Virus record (IMG/VR): IMGVR_UViG_3300050821_002957
Location: 186,001 to 250,000 of that record
DNA length: 64,000 nt
Strand: one strand, 5' to 3'
Shown: one piece after another, positions 1 through 9,197 of the stretch
Numbering within the stretch: position 1 is the first letter of the stretch
Layout: the number at the start of each line of letters is the position of its first letter
Notes under the pieces: generated by a model
Seen by the model: only the letters and a program-made list of their open reading frames with translations
The model's database searches: none
What the model was told of the DNA's origin: nothing
Position numbers and translations under genes: made by a program

Positions 1-204
1 ATCAATATCTGAATGCTCATGATCCTTTACGATTTCGTTGTCGATGTGGTCGCATTGCCCAGAAAGGCTTCCAAATGTTCGAGCATCATCCGCACTGCAT
101 TCATTGTGGGCGAGAAATCCAAGCCCAACAGGGACAGCGTATCACTAAAATTAGAAAATTCTATCAAGAGGCAATTACTAAAATCAATGTTTCCCGAGAA
201 TTGA
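1..204 (+). CDS. Hypothetical protein, probably 5' truncated by the window edge
   Basis: Open frame to TGA at 204; no motif recognised. Confidence 0.35.
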
Positions 205-238
205 AACGTGTCCTGAAAGGGGTCAAGAAGATGGGACC

Positions 239-478
239 ATGAAGGTACTACAATTCCCTAAACCGCAACTGATTCAGTCAGTCGCACCCGGCCAAGTCTA
301 CGATGATTTGTATGTGATGGAAAAAACAGATCGTCGCCAAGGTGGACATGTGATCTGGCAATGTCGGTGTCAATGTGGGCGTATCACATACGTCACAGCC
401 TACCGATTAAGATTTCGAGTTATTAAATCATGTGGCAAATGCCGCAAAGGACAACATCATGAACAGCATTACGTTTAA
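239..478 (+). CDS. Small Cys-motif protein resembling the N-terminal module of HNH/AP2 homing endonucleases (no nuclease domain)
   Basis: W-Q-C-R-C-Q-C-G ... K-S-C-G-K-C pattern. Confidence 0.45.
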   Translation: MKVLQFPKPQLIQSVAPGQVYDDLYVMEKTDRRQGGHVIWQCRCQCGRITYVTAYRLRFRVIKSCGKCRKGQHHEQHYV

Positions 479-1193
479 GAACAAATTGCGTCCCTTATCG
501 GACGAGATCAAGAATGAATTGGCAGCAGTTCGGGACCAGGGCAACTCTGTTTTGGATTCTCTCCAGAGCGTTTTGCTCAAAGCACTCGTCTCGATCCACG
601 GTGCATGGCGACAGGAACCGATCCCGAACAAGAAAGCGATGTGGGATCATGTTTCAAAAGAAGCGAAGCGTATCCTCGTTGACAAACAACATGGCGGCGG
701 GGCCGATCATGGTTGGACATTAGGCACCTTCCAGAACTACATAAGTCGGGTGAAGAAAGCCATTGTATTTCAGGTGGACATCTACACCGCCGAAAGTGAA
801 ACCACGGAATTACTTCGTGAAGCTCAAATTCGTGCCGAGAAGCTGGCCGAAGACGCTGGCAGCATGAAGACCGAAAAGTTCATGGTGGCTGCAATTAAAG
901 CCGTCAAAGTTGATCGTGAAGCCAGAGCAAAAGCGAACGCCGAAAAGGAAGCAGTGGGACATGGATTTCATGGTCTTCCAAATCCGAATGAATTCAAGGA
1001 CGACGAAGCGCTCGCCCTTGGAACCATCAAGCAGTTCTATTCATATCTTGGATACATCCAAGATCGCATCAAAGGTGACAGCGATGCCGAGAAGCTGCTT
1101 CGCAAGATTCAGAAACAAGTCGTCACCTACAAGGAAGAACATTCTTCTGAGTTTGCTGAATTTGAAGAAGTGCTGGCTTCGGCGGCAGCTTAG
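459..1193 (+). CDS. Hypothetical helical protein
   Basis: Long ORF; AAGGA upstream of ATG 459; followed by a hairpin. Confidence 0.7.
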   Translation: MNSITFKNKLRPLSDEIKNELAAVRDQGNSVLDSLQSVLLKALVSIHGAWRQEPIPNKKAMWDHVSKEAKRILVDKQHGGGADHGWTLGTFQNYISRVKKAIVFQVDIYTAESETTELLREAQIRAEKLAEDAGSMKTEKFMVAAIKAVKVDREARAKANAEKEAVGHGFHGLPNPNEFKDDEALALGTIKQFYSYLGYIQDRIKGDSDAEKLLRKIQKQVVTYKEEHSSEFAEFEEVLASAAA

Positions 1194-1207
1194 GTCTCTC
1201 TTTTTCC

Positions 1208-1232
1208 GAAGAGGGTCATTTTGGCCCTCTTC
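1208..1232. terminator. Hairpin between convergent genes, putative terminator
   Basis: gaagagggtc / ggccctcttc inverted repeat. Confidence 0.55.
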
Positions 1233-1233
1233 A

Positions 1234-1386
1234 CTAATCTAAGGCGTTGTATTGATCACGAAGTTGAGTCTTTGTTAATCGTCCGTTTTCGTAATCCTCC
1301 AATAGTTCTGTCAATTTGTTTTCTCGTTCTTGTAGTGTCGATAAACAGCGCTCGACAGCCGGAAAGTTTGTTTTGAGATAAGTCAC
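1234..1386 (-). CDS. 50-aa late leaderless protein (MTYLKTNFPAVERCL...), absent from the ORF track
   Basis: TAAATA at 1397-1392, 5 nt, then GTG; open to TAG at 1234. Confidence 0.6.
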   Translation of the reverse strand: MTYLKTNFPAVERCLSTLQERENKLTELLEDYENGRLTKTQLRDQYNALD

Positions 1387-1459
1387 CAGAATATTTAGTC
1401 GTGGTAGAAATGGCTTTTAACTCCTTTTGTTTCAAGTAAATAGAGGTATCCCTTAAAAT

Positions 1460-1681
1460 ATGATGGTTAAGAAAACAAAGTTGGCGGATGGCGTGAGTAG
1501 TATCGAATTTTTAGATCGATACGACAAGCCATGCATCCTGCTCCGAGATACTTTGCCAGACGATGCCATCCCTGGGATTACATTTGTGGTGACCGGACAG
1601 ATTCATTTAGATTTGGATCAAGTACGATGGCTGGCTCGTGAATTGTCTCATTTTGCTGAATGGGGGAAATTTTTAGAATAG
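1460..1681 (+). CDS. Hypothetical protein, paralog of 44006-44383
   Basis: Shared IEFxDRY...HLDLxQVxWLxxELxH pattern. Confidence 0.6.
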   Translation: MMVKKTKLADGVSSIEFLDRYDKPCILLRDTLPDDAIPGITFVVTGQIHLDLDQVRWLARELSHFAEWGKFLE

Positions 1682-1711
1682 GATAAAAAATGCATCTACA
1701 CCTATTTCCAT

Positions 1712-2431
1712 TCAAATCAATCTCTGAGCAAGTAACGCCATGATTTCCTTCTCTTCCTGAAGCGAATGGCGTAACATCTCGTCGATCACGTCAACAGGCT
1801 CTTCCTGAGGTTCTGGCGGCTCTGGTGGGGTTGTTGGGGCCGGTGGTGGTTCTGGGGCCTTGGCCTGTTCCTGAACGTTCTGAGGCTCTGGCTGGCCGAA
1901 CATTGGATCGAATTCATCCAAAAGAGGATCGTAAAAATCTGTAAAAGTTGGTCGCCGGGTTTGCGGTCTTGGCCACAGTTCAAACCGATAGGTCATTGAA
2001 TTGAAAAAATGATCAAGTTCTTCGGCATCGTTCCCGGCTGGTCGAGTGCTATTTGACGGCTTGAACACATGCATACATGAAAACGCACCGAAGTAATGTG
2101 CTGTCATGTAAATTTCTTCGTTCGGTCGTGTAGGATTTCTGTAGATGCGACCGTTGCTTGAAAAGGTCTGATAGATCCAGCCATCTTGTTTCAACCGATC
2201 TTCCATTGCGACCACAGTTCGATGTAATTTGTTTTTTGGTGGTGCCGTTGTCGGTTTTGAAACAGGTGGCGACGGCGGTTTATAATCGGCCTGGGTAAAG
2301 ATCGATGGAAAGTTGTATTTCGTCGCAAGTTCAATGGCCCGAGCACGAGCAATTTCGCCTTCTTCGGGAGTGCCGGGTCTCAATGCAAGCGCTTCGAGAC
2401 TACGGATTTTTTGCTCTATGTCGTGGGCCAT
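1712..2431 (-). CDS. DUF2786-like N-terminal domain protein with Pro-rich linkers
   Basis: KIRSLEALALRPGTPEEGEIARARAIELATKY; related to 59628-60167. Confidence 0.6.
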   Translation of the reverse strand: MAHDIEQKIRSLEALALRPGTPEEGEIARARAIELATKYNFPSIFTQADYKPPSPPVSKPTTAPPKNKLHRTVVAMEDRLKQDGWIYQTFSSNGRIYRNPTRPNEEIYMTAHYFGAFSCMHVFKPSNSTRPAGNDAEELDHFFNSMTYRFELWPRPQTRRPTFTDFYDPLLDEFDPMFGQPEPQNVQEQAKAPEPPPAPTTPPEPPEPQEEPVDVIDEMLRHSLQEEKEIMALLAQRLI

Positions 2432-2450
2432 CTAGAGAGCATTTAGCTCA

Positions 2451-2648
2451 TTAGAGAGTATGCTTGCATTTACGACAGCGCAGACCGACTTCATCATAGC
2501 TGCCATCGCCATTTTCTCGGAACAAACGATGAACTGTTGCACGATGACAAAATGGGCATAGAAATTGAAAGAGGGCTTCTTCAGACATAATCAAGTCCTG
2601 AAGCAAGTCTTCGAGATCGTTCAAAAGGATTTCAGGTATTCCGTACAT
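2451..2648 (-). CDS. Zn-ribbon protein, late leaderless
   Basis: CPFC...CRKC; TAAATA 5 nt before ATG 2648. Confidence 0.6.
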   Translation of the reverse strand: MYGIPEILLNDLEDLLQDLIMSEEALFQFLCPFCHRATVHRLFRENGDGSYDEVGLRCRKCKHTL

Positions 2649-2657
2649 GGTATTATT

Positions 2658-2699
2658 TAGATGCATCTACTTGACAAGATCCGACGAATGTGATATCTT
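2658..2699 (+). promoter_or_regulatory. Sigma70-type promoter with TAGATGCATCTA palindrome just upstream of the -35
   Basis: Palindrome 2658-2669, TTGACA 2671, 17 bp, TGnTATCTT, ATG 6 nt later. Confidence 0.75.
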
Positions 2700-2705
2700 C
2701 CAATC

Positions 2706-3059
2706 ATGGCTTACATAGCAATGAGCGCTTGTGGACAGTGCCATCAAATTTTTTCGTACAATCCACATCTTGTCCCGTCTTTGAACGATGTGCCGTTTTG
2801 CCGTAATTGTGTCGAACGTGCAAATCCCAAACGCATCGCCAACGGTCTGGAGCCGATCAACATCCTCCCTGGCGCATACGAATCGGTCGCCGAAACTCCC
2901 GCTGAAGAGATGGAAACGGATTATCAATGCGATCAAGAGTACTACGATCCAGAAGAGCCGATGACGCCATACGACAGCGACGATGAATTTGAAGATGAAT
3001 TCAATGACGATATCGACCGGGACGATCTTGACGATTATCCACCGGCATTTCGCCCCTAA
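2706..3059 (+). CDS. Zn-finger protein with highly acidic C-terminal tail
   Basis: CGQC...CRNC; D/E-rich tail. Confidence 0.7.
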   Translation: MAYIAMSACGQCHQIFSYNPHLVPSLNDVPFCRNCVERANPKRIANGLEPINILPGAYESVAETPAEEMETDYQCDQEYYDPEEPMTPYDSDDEFEDEFNDDIDRDDLDDYPPAFRP

Positions 3060-3063
3060 AAAG

Positions 3064-3104
3064 TTGATACATCTATTGACTTCTGAACTGATCTACGGTA
3101 GACT
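3064..3104 (+). promoter_or_regulatory. Sigma70-type promoter with palindrome
   Basis: TTGATACATCTA-TTGACT-17 bp-TAGACT. Confidence 0.7.
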
Positions 3105-3132
3105 TGAAGAGTAGACAAAAGGACACCACCTT

Positions 3133-3387
3133 ATGAACGACAATCTCCCAATTCTTTACATCCCCGTCAACGGCCACAAAGTCGCAGACAAACCCGGCTG
3201 GACTAATAGCGTCGGCATTCCTTCCCAGTCGAGCGATGCGCTTTACGTCATCGCCCAGCGCAAGACAAGCCGTGGTTGGGGCTGCTCTTGCCGTGGATGG
3301 ATTCGTCATCGTCACTGCAAGCATCTTGAAGCCCTTCGCCTGCCTGCTAACGAACGTCCTTACGAAGTTCAACTGAAAGGCAACTGA
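3133..3387 (+). CDS. SWIM zinc-finger protein
   Basis: WGCSC...RHCKHL (CxC-xn-CxH). Confidence 0.7.
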   Translation: MNDNLPILYIPVNGHKVADKPGWTNSVGIPSQSSDALYVIAQRKTSRGWGCSCRGWIRHRHCKHLEALRLPANERPYEVQLKGN

Positions 3388-3718
3388 TGACAGCCGAAAA
3401 CCAAAAAAAGAAAAATTATTGTCTGGCGGCATCAAAAAAATCACGAAGAATCTGAAAATTCTAGAGGATTTGAAACAGACTCCTCTAGCGCAGGATCAAC
3501 ACAAAAGAATTGAAATAATGATCTCGGTCTTTAAGAGATGGCAGGAAATCATCACTCTAACTTTAGCGAAAATTGTTTTGACTGAGATCCTTATCGACGC
3601 CGCCACGCAAGACGCCATTGATTTCAAACAGGCAGAGGCAGCTTTGGAGGTCGAATACAATAAGGCCATCGATGAAGTGGATGCCTTTCTCGAATTTTGG
3701 ATTGAATTTTCTGTTTGA
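3387..3718 (+). CDS. Hypothetical helical protein; ATG 3387 reaches the 3419-3718 frame only by a -1 shift
   Basis: TGATG coupling at 3385-3389; A AAA AAG at 3404-3410. Confidence 0.5.
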
Positions 3719-3794
3719 GGCTGATACTCGGGCAGAGCGAGGGTTTCTTGGATAAAACACTCTATCAGCGGTGCCAGGAAACCCTCAAAAAATT

Positions 3795-3835
3795 TAGATA
3801 CATCTATTGACATCTGGTCGGGAATGCGGTATCCT
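3795..3835 (+). promoter_or_regulatory. Sigma70-type promoter with palindrome
   Basis: TAGATACATCTA-TTGACA-17 bp-TATCCT, ATG 6 nt later. Confidence 0.75.
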
Positions 3836-3841
3836 TTGAAT

Positions 3842-4138
3842 ATGAAGACACGGAAAACAGTCAACGTTGCGGAAATGCTTTTCACAGCGAACTATTTTAT
3901 GAAGCATTCCAAACCGGAGCAGGTTGGTGAGCGCCGGGGAACCGCCAGTTTGCTGGAATCGATGCTGCACGCCAGTGGCAACTACAGTGGTTTTGGCTAC
4001 ATCGAACTGACGAATGCCGGAACCAATCAGCAGAAGTTAGGTGACGAGAGCCGTGTGTTCTACTACGTTTCTCAGAACCTTCGGAATGACTACAAAGGTG
4101 TCGAAGATCGCAAAGCTCAGGAAGGATTCGTTTACTAA
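3842..4138 (+). CDS. Hypothetical protein, leaderless
   Basis: Start reassigned to ATG 3842 from promoter geometry. Confidence 0.7.
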   Translation: MKTRKTVNVAEMLFTANYFMKHSKPEQVGERRGTASLLESMLHASGNYSGFGYIELTNAGTNQQKLGDESRVFYYVSQNLRNDYKGVEDRKAQEGFVY

Positions 4139-4139
4139 C

Positions 4140-4541
4140 ATGGGACGCCGACTTGATCCTGAAGAACGAGATCGCCGAGCAGCCGAGCGAAAAGCTGCGA
4201 CCTGGGGCGGCAAGACTCGTCTGACGTACAACCCCGACGAAGAAGGCTACGGAAGTCCCGAACTGTGGCGCAGACTCTTCTCCGAACGTATGGGCCTTGA
4301 TGCTGCTCGTGCGACGGTCGGCAAGAAATCGCCTCGTGCCATTCTTGGTCTTGATGAAGTTCGCATTTACACTCAAGCTGCTTGGGATGTCTTGAAGTCG
4401 GCCTTTCGTAAGCTGGCCTTCAAATTTCACCCAGACTACAATCCTGGATCTGACACCGCCGAAGCCATGTTCAAAGAGATCCGGGGCGCTTACGAAATCC
4501 TGGAAGACGAATTCAAACGACACGGAGTTGATGCACGATGA
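4140..4541 (+). CDS. J-domain (DnaJ-like) co-chaperone
   Basis: ILGL...[17 protein letters not shown]...[11 protein letters not shown] with HPD motif. Confidence 0.85.
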   Translation: MGRRLDPEERDRRAAERKAATWGGKTRLTYNPDEEGYGSPELWRRLFSERMGLDAARATVGKKSPRAILGLDEVRIYTQAAWDVLKSAFRKLAFKFHPDYNPGSDTAEAMFKEIRGAYEILEDEFKRHGVDAR

Positions 4542-5620
4542 TTTTACCGGACGATGTAAAGAAATTCGACAAGCTGTGTGCAGACTTAGTGAAGCTCATG
4601 AAGAAGATTCGTGAAACTTCACCAGAGGCCGAAATTTTCATGGAAGCCGAGGGTGGTTTAATGTTGTTCGATGGAAACAGCCGCATCGACGACGGTGAAG
4701 ATTTTAATTGGGAAGCACAACGAGGCAAATCACATTGGACGCCCGGTTTTGGAGGAGGAGCAATATGACACTTGAACAGTTCAAAGAAACTCGACATGGA
4801 AAAGCGTTGTTTGCAGTGTACACCCCAAAGGAAACTGGCATATGGGGCATCTACGGCGAGACAGACGATCCTGGTGGAAGCTGCTTCACTCCGCTGTTGG
4901 GCGTCTTCATTGGCACGATGGCCGACGCAATGGAAGTCGCTGTGGCACAGAAAAGATTTGTTTCCTGGGGCGGCGGTGGCGATTTACGAAAGTTGACGGT
5001 GCTGACGAAATGACTCCATTTTCGCTCGCAGACACACTTCTCAAAAGCTCGACTGATGCCGAACTGTACGACATCATCGACAAAGCTCGCAAAATTTTGG
5101 CCGAACGTCGAGACCAAAAGATTGCCGAAGAGACTGCGATTTTGAAACCCAAGATCAAAGCTGCATATGAGGCTGTCGCTGCGATTCAAGCTGAGTACGA
5201 TGCCGCCACGTTGTCGATTCAGAAACGAGTAATCAAGGAATGTCGCCTCGATCCGGCAATTCAGGTTCATGATGATCTCGCTGCCGAACTTTCAAATTTG
5301 GAATGGAAGTACCCACCGACCTCTGGAGGACCAATCGGATGACACCGGAACAAATCGAAGAACACGCCGAGCAAGTACAAAAACGTGATGAACACAAAGG
5401 CAAATGGCTTGTAGGGCACGGATGTCATCGTGGGGCGCTTACGAGCCGAGACAGTAGAGTCACGTATCACGATTCACTAGAAGCCTGTCGTGAATACATC
5501 CGGGAGCAAGAAGCATTTTATCTTTCCATCGGCTACATGATCTGGTTCGCCTACGCCATTGCACCGGGCAAGACAGACAAGGATCGTATTTCATTGCACC
5601 GGGGAAACTCGTACCAATAG
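4538..5620 (+). CDS. Four coupled hypothetical ORFs (4538-4768, 4765-5013, 5010-5342, 5339-5620)
   Basis: ATGA start/stop overlaps at each junction. Confidence 0.65.
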
Positions 5621-5703
5621 ACGTATCTGCTTCCTTGACAAACTCCACATCCATGTTGTAATGGTTCTGCCCTCGCTAAATAGAAACGAGGCATCCAAGA
5701 CGC

Positions 5704-5997
5704 ATGGCAAAGAATTTACCTCAAGATCAGTACCACATTGAACTTTGCACTCAATTCTGCGCTGACGTTGAAGCGCTGATTAACGAGAGCAACAAGAAAG
5801 CAGACGAAAGAGTCGCCAAGGCCGGAAAAGCTACGACACGACTCGGATACGTAGATGCAGTCCTCATTGTAGCGGAACGCCGGAAAATAGAACCGGACCT
5901 CGCAGCCGCCTACCTCAACCCAGAAATCAAACAGAAAATGCAGCAAGAGTGGGAGAACAAACACATGCTCCCAAAGTCTGCTCGATTACCGTTCTGA
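5704..5997 (+). CDS. 33: Late promoter transcription co-activator, T4 gp33-like
   Basis: YVDAVL...IEPD...LNPEIKQK...ARLPF; synteny with 59 and 32. Confidence 0.8.
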   Translation: MAKNLPQDQYHIELCTQFCADVEALINESNKKADERVAKAGKATTRLGYVDAVLIVAERRKIEPDLAAAYLNPEIKQKMQQEWENKHMLPKSARLPF

Positions 5998-5998
5998 C

Positions 5999-6277
5999 AT
6001 GACGCAGACGTATTTCACATTCGGCCATGATGGAGTGATAGAATTTCAAGGCTATCTTGACACTCTTTACGGAACGGTGACGCCCGACGAAGATGACAAA
6101 AATGTTCATCGTCTGCCGTACAACCATTCAGTGCTTAATCGTGATGTCTGGAAGACTCAGGACGAAGCGATAGCAGCATACCAAGCCTCAGTGACCAAAG
6201 ATGTTCAAAGTGTGATCCTACGTTATCGTAAAGCCTGTGAACAGTATCCTGGTTTCTTTGTGATGTGGCCTGAATGA
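5999..6277 (+). CDS. Hypothetical protein
   Basis: Coupled ORF between 33 and 59. Confidence 0.6.
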   Translation: MTQTYFTFGHDGVIEFQGYLDTLYGTVTPDEDDKNVHRLPYNHSVLNRDVWKTQDEAIAAYQASVTKDVQSVILRYRKACEQYPGFFVMWPE

Positions 6278-6903
6278 CCGGATACGATGCCTGCCGCCGT
6301 TTCATGGCGTTGAACAATCACTTCTTCCAACCGAATTATGATTTCTTTAAGTACAAAGGTGGAGTACCTCTCAAGTTTGATACTTATGATGCCAAGCGCC
6401 AAGACGAAAAGCACAGATATGATCGACTAGGCCGAAAATTTCAATCCGACGAAGACCTTGAAAATTTCATGGTCGCCAATCTTCTCGAATCCAAGAAGAG
6501 GCTGTGGGTCGGCGCACTGTTTGGTGGTGAAGCAGACAACGTTTACATTCGCTGGCAAGGTCGAACTCAGGCGATTCAGTACAATCTCACCAGTGAAGTT
6601 AGACGGCTTGTAGACCGGCTGGAGAGTTTCAATGCTCTTTTCAAAGTAGCCGACAATGAACATCCTGAAATCTTGAAAGCCTATCTTCGGGGCGACATCT
6701 CTTTAGAGAGTTTTGTAGTCCTTGACCTTTGCATTGGTTTCATTGACAACATCGATGTAAAGCTCAGTGATGATCGAAATTGGACCATTGTCAAGCATAA
6801 AGCCATTAAGTACAGACCTTTCCTCGAACGGCTAAATATCGACATCCCGGCGCTCCGAAAAGCAGTGCTGGAGTCGATCCGAGGATTGGGGGTTACAAGC
6901 TAA
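6274..6903 (+). CDS. 59: Helicase loader, T4 gp59-like
   Basis: ALNNHF...YDFFKYKG...HPEILKAYLRGDISLES...KYRPFL. Confidence 0.9.
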   Translation: MTGYDACRRFMALNNHFFQPNYDFFKYKGGVPLKFDTYDAKRQDEKHRYDRLGRKFQSDEDLENFMVANLLESKKRLWVGALFGGEADNVYIRWQGRTQAIQYNLTSEVRRLVDRLESFNALFKVADNEHPEILKAYLRGDISLESFVVLDLCIGFIDNIDVKLSDDRNWTIVKHKAIKYRPFLERLNIDIPALRKAVLESIRGLGVTS

Positions 6904-7175
6904 TGCCTGTTACAAAAGATACTCAATTGGACTACTTCATGGATGTCGTTCTTAGGAACTACTGTCGTGCTGCCGAAGAGTGCGAATTTTTATACCAAGA
7001 AGCAGAAGATTTAAGGAATTGTCTGACAATTCTTTTCCAAGAAAATTCCGATCTTCGATTTCGATTGCAAGAGGCTGGGCTTGAAGTTCCTGTCTCAAAT
7101 TTTGTCACGGCAGAAGAGGCTGCGGCAATGGACGATCAGGAAATGTTTCCAGTCGAAAATAACGATTTAGCCTAA
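6903..7175 (+). CDS. Hypothetical acidic coiled-coil protein
   Basis: TAATG coupling to gene 59. Confidence 0.6.
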   Translation: MPVTKDTQLDYFMDVVLRNYCRAAEECEFLYQEAEDLRNCLTILFQENSDLRFRLQEAGLEVPVSNFVTAEEAAAMDDQEMFPVENNDLA

Positions 7176-7185
7176 TGAATACGGG

Positions 7186-7326
7186 GCTGTCAGGCCGAAA
7201 ACTTGACAGTCCTGAAAACCGTGAGATGCTAAATATGTTGAGAGATTATGAAGGCAGCAACGCAGTGAGTTGCTTGCAGAAAGGCAGTGGATACAACGTT
7301 AAACATACGAGAGATACTACGAAAAT
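7186..7326 (+). promoter_or_regulatory. Gene 32 promoter and probable autoregulatory leader
   Basis: TTGACA 7203, TAAATA 7230, a hairpin, then an A-rich stretch with three ATAC repeats. Confidence 0.5.
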
Positions 7327-8334
7327 ATGTCGATTACAAAAAACACAGAGTCCCGTACACAGTACTTGGCCTCTCTCCGCAGCAAAGTCCAGGAGATGTC
7401 CTCTCCCAAGGGTTCCTCAAACAACACAAGACAGAATGATGATCGCTACTGGCGTCCAGAAGTAGATAAAGCTGGCACCGGAAGCGCAGTTATTCGTTTC
7501 CTTCCTCCGAAGTCTGGTAATGCTTTTCCGTTCGTCCAGCTTTGGAGCCACGGTTTCCAAAATCCCGAGAACAGCAAGTGGTTCATTGACAATTGCCCGT
7601 CCTCACTTGGTGGCCTTCCCTCTGATGTTTGCCCGGTTTGCGCCGACAACAACAGTTTGTGGAATGCAGACAAGGACAAGGAAAGTCCGCTGAAGAAGTT
7701 GGCTTCGTCTCGCAAGCGCAAGCTATCTTACATCAGCAACATTTTGGTTGTGAAAGATCCAAAACATCCTGAGAATGAAGGCAAGGTGTTCTTGTTCAAG
7801 TATGGCAAGAAAATCTTCGAGAAGATCAAGGACATGATTGATCCTCCAGCCGAATTCGCAGACATGCAGCCCATCGATCCATATGACATGGAAGAAGGCG
7901 CAAACTTCAAGCTCCGTCAGGTGAAGGTAGACAACTTCCCGAACTATGACAAGTCCAGTTTCGACGCTCCTTCGGCAGTCGGTGACGAAGACTACATCGC
8001 ATCAATCGAAGCACAGTTGATCGATCTGAATTCGTTGCTCGATCCGAAGCACTTCAAGCCATATGCAAAGTTGGCCGAACGCTTCACATTTGTAACTGGT
8101 GCAGCAGCCCCGAGCACCACATCTACAGGCGGCGACAGTGCTGTCTCTACTCCATCGGTTGAAGATGGAATGACCGATGATGAGCCGGTAGCAAAGCCAG
8201 CCGCAGCAAGGACCGCAACGTCTAAGCCTGCTGGTCGAACCGCAAAGCCGAAAGCAACTGCGGAAGTACCGGATGCAACACAAGATGACGATTACTTCGA
8301 GAAGTTGGCCGCACAGTCAGCAAACGAAGACTAA
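7327..8334 (+). CDS. 32: Single-stranded DNA-binding protein, T4 gp32-like
   Basis: DDRYWRPEVDKAGTGSAVIRFLP, HGFQ, CPVC, YGKKIFEKI, NYDKSSF, acidic tail. Confidence 0.97.
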   Translation: MSITKNTESRTQYLASLRSKVQEMSSPKGSSNNTRQNDDRYWRPEVDKAGTGSAVIRFLPPKSGNAFPFVQLWSHGFQNPENSKWFIDNCPSSLGGLPSDVCPVCADNNSLWNADKDKESPLKKLASSRKRKLSYISNILVVKDPKHPENEGKVFLFKYGKKIFEKIKDMIDPPAEFADMQPIDPYDMEEGANFKLRQVKVDNFPNYDKSSFDAPSAVGDEDYIASIEAQLIDLNSLLDPKHFKPYAKLAERFTFVTGAAAPSTTSTGGDSAVSTPSVEDGMTDDEPVAKPAAARTATSKPAGRTAKPKATAEVPDATQDDDYFEKLAAQSANED

Positions 8335-8356
8335 TCAGTAAGTTTGAAAAAGATAG

Positions 8357-8382
8357 CGGGGTCTTCGGGCCTCGCTTTTTTG
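8357..8382 (+). terminator. Intrinsic terminator with UUCG loop
   Basis: gcggggtc-ttcg-ggcctcgc followed by a T run; A run upstream suggests bidirectional use. Confidence 0.8.
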
Positions 8383-8384
8383 TT

Positions 8385-8621
8385 TTAGACAGGTACTTTT
8401 GGTTCAAGAAGTTTTTTGATTCCCCGGCGTGCCATCGTGGTCAGCTTGGGAATTTTTTTGGTTTTGAACTGGTTCTTCTTTTTCTTCTTTTTCTTCTTTT
8501 TCTTTTTCTTCTTCGGTTTTGGTGGTGTCAATCCTAGTGTCTTATAAATCGATTTCTTCTTCGGTGGCGACAGCAACGCCGAAGCATCAAACTCTTTTAG
8601 AAACTGGGTGAATGTAAGCAC
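8385..8621 (-). CDS. Poly-lysine basic protein with capsid-targeting-like N-terminus (MLTFTQFLKE)
   Basis: TAAATA 5 nt before GTG 8621; 13 consecutive Lys codons at 8475-8513. Confidence 0.65.
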   Translation of the reverse strand: MLTFTQFLKEFDASALLSPPKKKSIYKTLGLTPPKPKKKKKKKKKKKKKNQFKTKKIPKLTTMARRGIKKLLEPKVPV

Positions 8622-8656
8622 TGGAGTATTTAGTTTTTGCGTGCCTAAATAGCAAC

Positions 8657-8908
8657 ATGAACGAAGCAATTGTATACCAAGTACGCTCAGTCGATGCTTT
8701 CGGCAAACAGAACGTGGTCCATTCCTATGAAACCGAAGAGGCTGCAAAGGTCGCTATCAAAATGATGCAGAAGCGAACACGAAAGCGGTATGTTGTTCAT
8801 CCTGTCAAGAATCGGCCTGCGGAACACTGGGGCATTAACTTTCCACCCAACCATCCGAAGCATCCAGACAATCTTAAAAACCCACCAAAGAGCCGCCGTT
8901 TAAGTTGA
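8657..8908 (+). CDS. Small basic late protein
   Basis: TAAATA 8646-8651, 5 nt, ATG. Confidence 0.7.
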   Translation: MNEAIVYQVRSVDAFGKQNVVHSYETEEAAKVAIKMMQKRTRKRYVVHPVKNRPAEHWGINFPPNHPKHPDNLKNPPKSRRLS

Positions 8909-8939
8909 CAAGATTTGAACTCATGCGATCATAGTACGC

Positions 8940-9197
8940 ATGAATAACATTTTGCTGAACGATCCTGACACATTCATTCAATGGCGCAAAACCGATGAAC
9001 CCGGCGATAATCCAAAGTGGGAATCGCAGTGTGGTTATATCGAACAAACCAGCTTCGGGGATCGTCCAATATTCCAAGGATTTGTCGGCCCCAACCAAAC
9101 ACCCACTCAGACAAAGACCAGTCTAATTTCAATCAAACAAGAAGTCGAGCGGCTGTTTAAAAAGAATTATCAACTGACCTGGGCTTATCAAGATTAG
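8940..9197 (+). CDS. Hypothetical protein
   Basis: ORF downstream of TTGACA 8905. Confidence 0.6.
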   Translation: MNNILLNDPDTFIQWRKTDEPGDNPKWESQCGYIEQTSFGDRPIFQGFVGPNQTPTQTKTSLISIKQEVERLFKKNYQLTWAYQD

